Shown: one piece after another, positions 39,895 through 41,350 of the stretch
How positions within the stretch are numbered: the stretch's first letter is position 1
How the letters are laid out: every line of letters begins with the position of its first letter
Virus record (IMG/VR): IMGVR_UViG_3300033145_001228
Coordinates: 1 to 41,350 of that record
Reading direction: 5' to 3' (one strand)
Length of the DNA stretch: 41,350 nt
Origin: a virus
The notes under the pieces: model-generated
Told to the model about the DNA's origin: nothing
The model's database searches: none
The model's input: only the letters and a program-made list of their open reading frames with translations
Made by a program: the position numbers and the translations under genes

Positions 39895-40136
39895 TTCAAT
39901 CCGATCTGTGATGCAATATAAAACAGCGCAATCATAATAACTAATTTATAAGCATAATTATAAAATCCTTCTCTGCTGCGTTTATATTTAGTAATCCAAG
40001 TTTCATGTTTTTCAACTTTTGCAACTACACCTTCCGGTTTATCGTATGTGCCTAAAAGAAGGCCTTCCATTCTTTTTTGAAAAGCTTCTATTTTCTCAAG
40101 CAGTTTAAATATCCTCGTTGTTTCATCAGGTGTCAT
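39891..40136 (-). CDS. Holin-like protein, C-terminal transmembrane helix (81 aa)
   Basis: ..YNYAYKLVIMIALFYIASQIGLK. Located upstream of the hydrolase. Confidence 0.45.
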   Translation of the reverse strand: MTPDETTRIFKLLEKIEAFQKRMEGLLLGTYDKPEGVVAKVEKHETWITKYKRSREGFYNYAYKLVIMIALFYIASQIGLK

Positions 40137-40285
40137 TTTCTACCTTTCAGCCACCACCCTAAAAGAATAGGAATAACAGCGATTAACAAAAGCCATAAAT
40201 AATTAGTTGACTCCGGTTCCGGTTGAGTTCTAGCAATAGCATCCGCTGTTGCTTCCACAAATCGAATTGATTGTTCTGCGCTCAT
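40133..40285 (-). CDS. 50-aa single-pass membrane micro-protein (holin/antiholin candidate)
   Basis: MSAEQSIRFVEATADAIARTQPEPESTNYLWLLLIAVIPILLGWWLKGRK. ATGA overlap with the next gene. Confidence 0.45.
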   Translation of the reverse strand: MSAEQSIRFVEATADAIARTQPEPESTNYLWLLLIAVIPILLGWWLKGRK

Positions 40286-40293
40286 TTGGCCCA

Positions 40294-40509
40294 TTATCGA
40301 TTTTCCAATACTTCAATTCTTTTGATTAAATCCTGAATCAACAATCCTTTAGCTTGCTCCGACGCTTCTCCCACATAAGCTTTCGTATTTTTATTTCGTT
40401 CTACTATTCTTCCATTATCCTCGATATTAATTTCAATATCTTCCTTTGTTATTCCTTCCATTGCCTCAGATAATTCTTCTGGTGTTTCTGGAAATATTGT
40501 GTCTGTCAT
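40294..40509 (-). CDS. Acidic hypothetical protein (71 aa)
   Basis: ORF after the paralog array. Confidence 0.55.
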   Translation of the reverse strand: MTDTIFPETPEELSEAMEGITKEDIEINIEDNGRIVERNKNTKAYVGEASEQAKGLLIQDLIKRIEVLENR

Positions 40510-40517
40510 AATCGCTC

Positions 40518-41207
40518 CTATTTTGGGAATAATGCCCCTGCTGATATTTTTATATATTCTACATGCGCCTCTGTGGTAGCTGGACTTACTGGAAAATTTA
40601 TCACTCCAATTCTTATATTGCCGTTACTTGCGATATTGGGGTCTGCGTCATCACCTGCTCCATTTCTAGCCCATGCCCCATCGTCGTCTCTCGAATACAT
40701 TATAAATTCATCTCCAAACCATACTATTCTTATTGTGTACCAACTTACGTTATCAAAAGTTGTACCGAATTGGCTAACAAAAGCATTGGTAGAATCATAG
40801 AGCCAGACGCTATCAGACGTTATCATCATATTATGTCTATATGTTCCATTGTAAGACTGTATCTGGAAACAATCGTAAGTATCAGAAGTTCCATTAAAAC
40901 CACCCGCTAAAGCATCAAACTTAACTTTTAGTTGAATAGTATAAGCATAAATATTTGTTAATTTATTAAAAGTTTTGGTTTTCTTAGCGTAACTATTAGC
41001 CCCTGCTCCATCGCCAGCCAAAAGATGAAGTTGTCCAGCAGGGCTTTCTTCTACTGTAGCTGTACCTGCTTTACTGTCATTCCAATCGGTTATATCCTCC
41101 CAATCTTCATCTTTAATATCTGCACGAATACTATCTTGCTGAATGTATTTGTCAGTCTGGATAATACCTTCTATGTCTACGTCTGAATTGTAAGTTTTTA
41201 TTCCCAT
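40518..41207 (-). CDS. Tandem paralog C (229 aa)
   Basis: Aligns end to end with paralogs A and B (GIIQTD, EESPAGQLH, VKFDAL, YDCFQIQ, DSVWLYD, NVSWYTIR, GDDA, TTEAHV). Confidence 0.8.
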   Translation of the reverse strand: MGIKTYNSDVDIEGIIQTDKYIQQDSIRADIKDEDWEDITDWNDSKAGTATVEESPAGQLHLLAGDGAGANSYAKKTKTFNKLTNIYAYTIQLKVKFDALAGGFNGTSDTYDCFQIQSYNGTYRHNMMITSDSVWLYDSTNAFVSQFGTTFDNVSWYTIRIVWFGDEFIMYSRDDDGAWARNGAGDDADPNIASNGNIRIGVINFPVSPATTEAHVEYIKISAGALFPK

Positions 41208-41208
41208 A

Positions 41209-41350
41209 TTATTCTGGATAAATTAAACCTGCTTGCCATATAGTGCTTCTAAGATGAACCTCTGTCGTGGCAGGACTAGCTGGGTAATTGTATATTCCAA
41301 GTTTGTAAATCCCAGCAAAACCTGCGCCGGCTTTTGCGTCATCACCAATC
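41209..41350 (-). CDS. 3' end of paralog A (the gene spanning the circular junction)
   Basis: ..VHLRSTIWQAGLIYPE, then TAA at 41209-41211, 1 nt before the ATG of paralog C. 41237-41350 duplicates 1-114. Confidence 0.8.
   Translation of the reverse strand, partial: IGDDAKAGAGFAGIYKLGIYNYPASPATTEVHLRSTIWQAGLIYPE
41237..41350. repeat. Terminal direct repeat, copy 2
   Basis: Identical to nt 1-114. Confidence 0.95.

Larger units (their letters stand above)
1..41350 (-). mobile_element. Complete circularly closed tailed-phage genome (podovirus-like gene content); all supported genes on the minus strand
   Basis: TerS-TerL-portal-scaffold-major capsid order, fibre-like and internal-virion-like genes, lysis candidates, ParB/VRR-NUC/replication-initiator early genes. 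The first 114 nt repeat exactly at the end. No tail tube/sheath, tape-measure chaperone pair, integrase or repressor recognised. Confidence 0.85.

Noticed and set aside
1-41350. Lysogeny module, diversity-generating retroelement, toxin-antitoxin system or known defence/anti-defence systems.
   Set aside because: I could recognise no integrase, repressor/Cro pair, reverse transcriptase, template/variable repeat pair or known defence-gene signature in any frame. This absence rests on motif recognition by eye, not on a database search.

Overview
The window is one complete, circularly closed tailed dsDNA phage genome. Its unique length is 41,236 bp, and nt 1-114 recur exactly at 41237-41350. All credible genes lie on the minus strand, tightly packed with ATGA/TAATG overlaps and GGAGG-type ribosome-binding sites.

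In transcription order there are three blocks:
(1) Early: a near-consensus sigma70-type promoter (28435-28407) drives three micro-proteins, a VRR-NUC nuclease, a ParB-like protein and a wHTH/Zn-ribbon protein.
(2) Middle: a second TTGACA promoter (25105-25077) is followed at once by two intrinsic terminators. It precedes a pilin-like mini-gene, a replication initiator, a double-glycosyltransferase-TPR protein and a Gly/Ser/Tyr/Asp repeat peptide.
(3) Late: a third promoter plus hairpin (18907-18804) precedes TerS, TerL and portal. An inserted accessory set follows (GT-A enzyme, minimal A24 prepilin-peptidase-like protease, CxxCxxCC protein), then scaffold and major capsid protein. After these comes a ~8 kb block rich in signal-peptide proteins: an O-antigen-ligase-like membrane protein, a beta-helix depolymerase-like protein and fibre-like proteins. 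The block ends with three tandem paralogs (one crosses the contig junction), holin-like plus C92 papain-like lysis candidates, adaptor/nozzle-like proteins, C1q-like and collar-domain fibres, and three internal-virion-like proteins including a 1483-aa giant.

I recognised no tRNA, rRNA, CRISPR array, integrase, repressor, tail tube/sheath, DNA polymerase or reverse transcriptase.

The most unusual feature is what looks like a pilin-style protein maturation toolkit carried by a phage. It comprises an A24 aspartyl peptidase in the head-morphogenesis module, a prepilin-motif mini-gene (G|FTLPE), an O-antigen-ligase/PilO-type membrane protein and three GT-A domains. Alongside these, a conserved N-terminal leader ending in [RK]-G sits on at least six otherwise unrelated virion-module proteins. 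All functional links among these parts are inference from sequence only.
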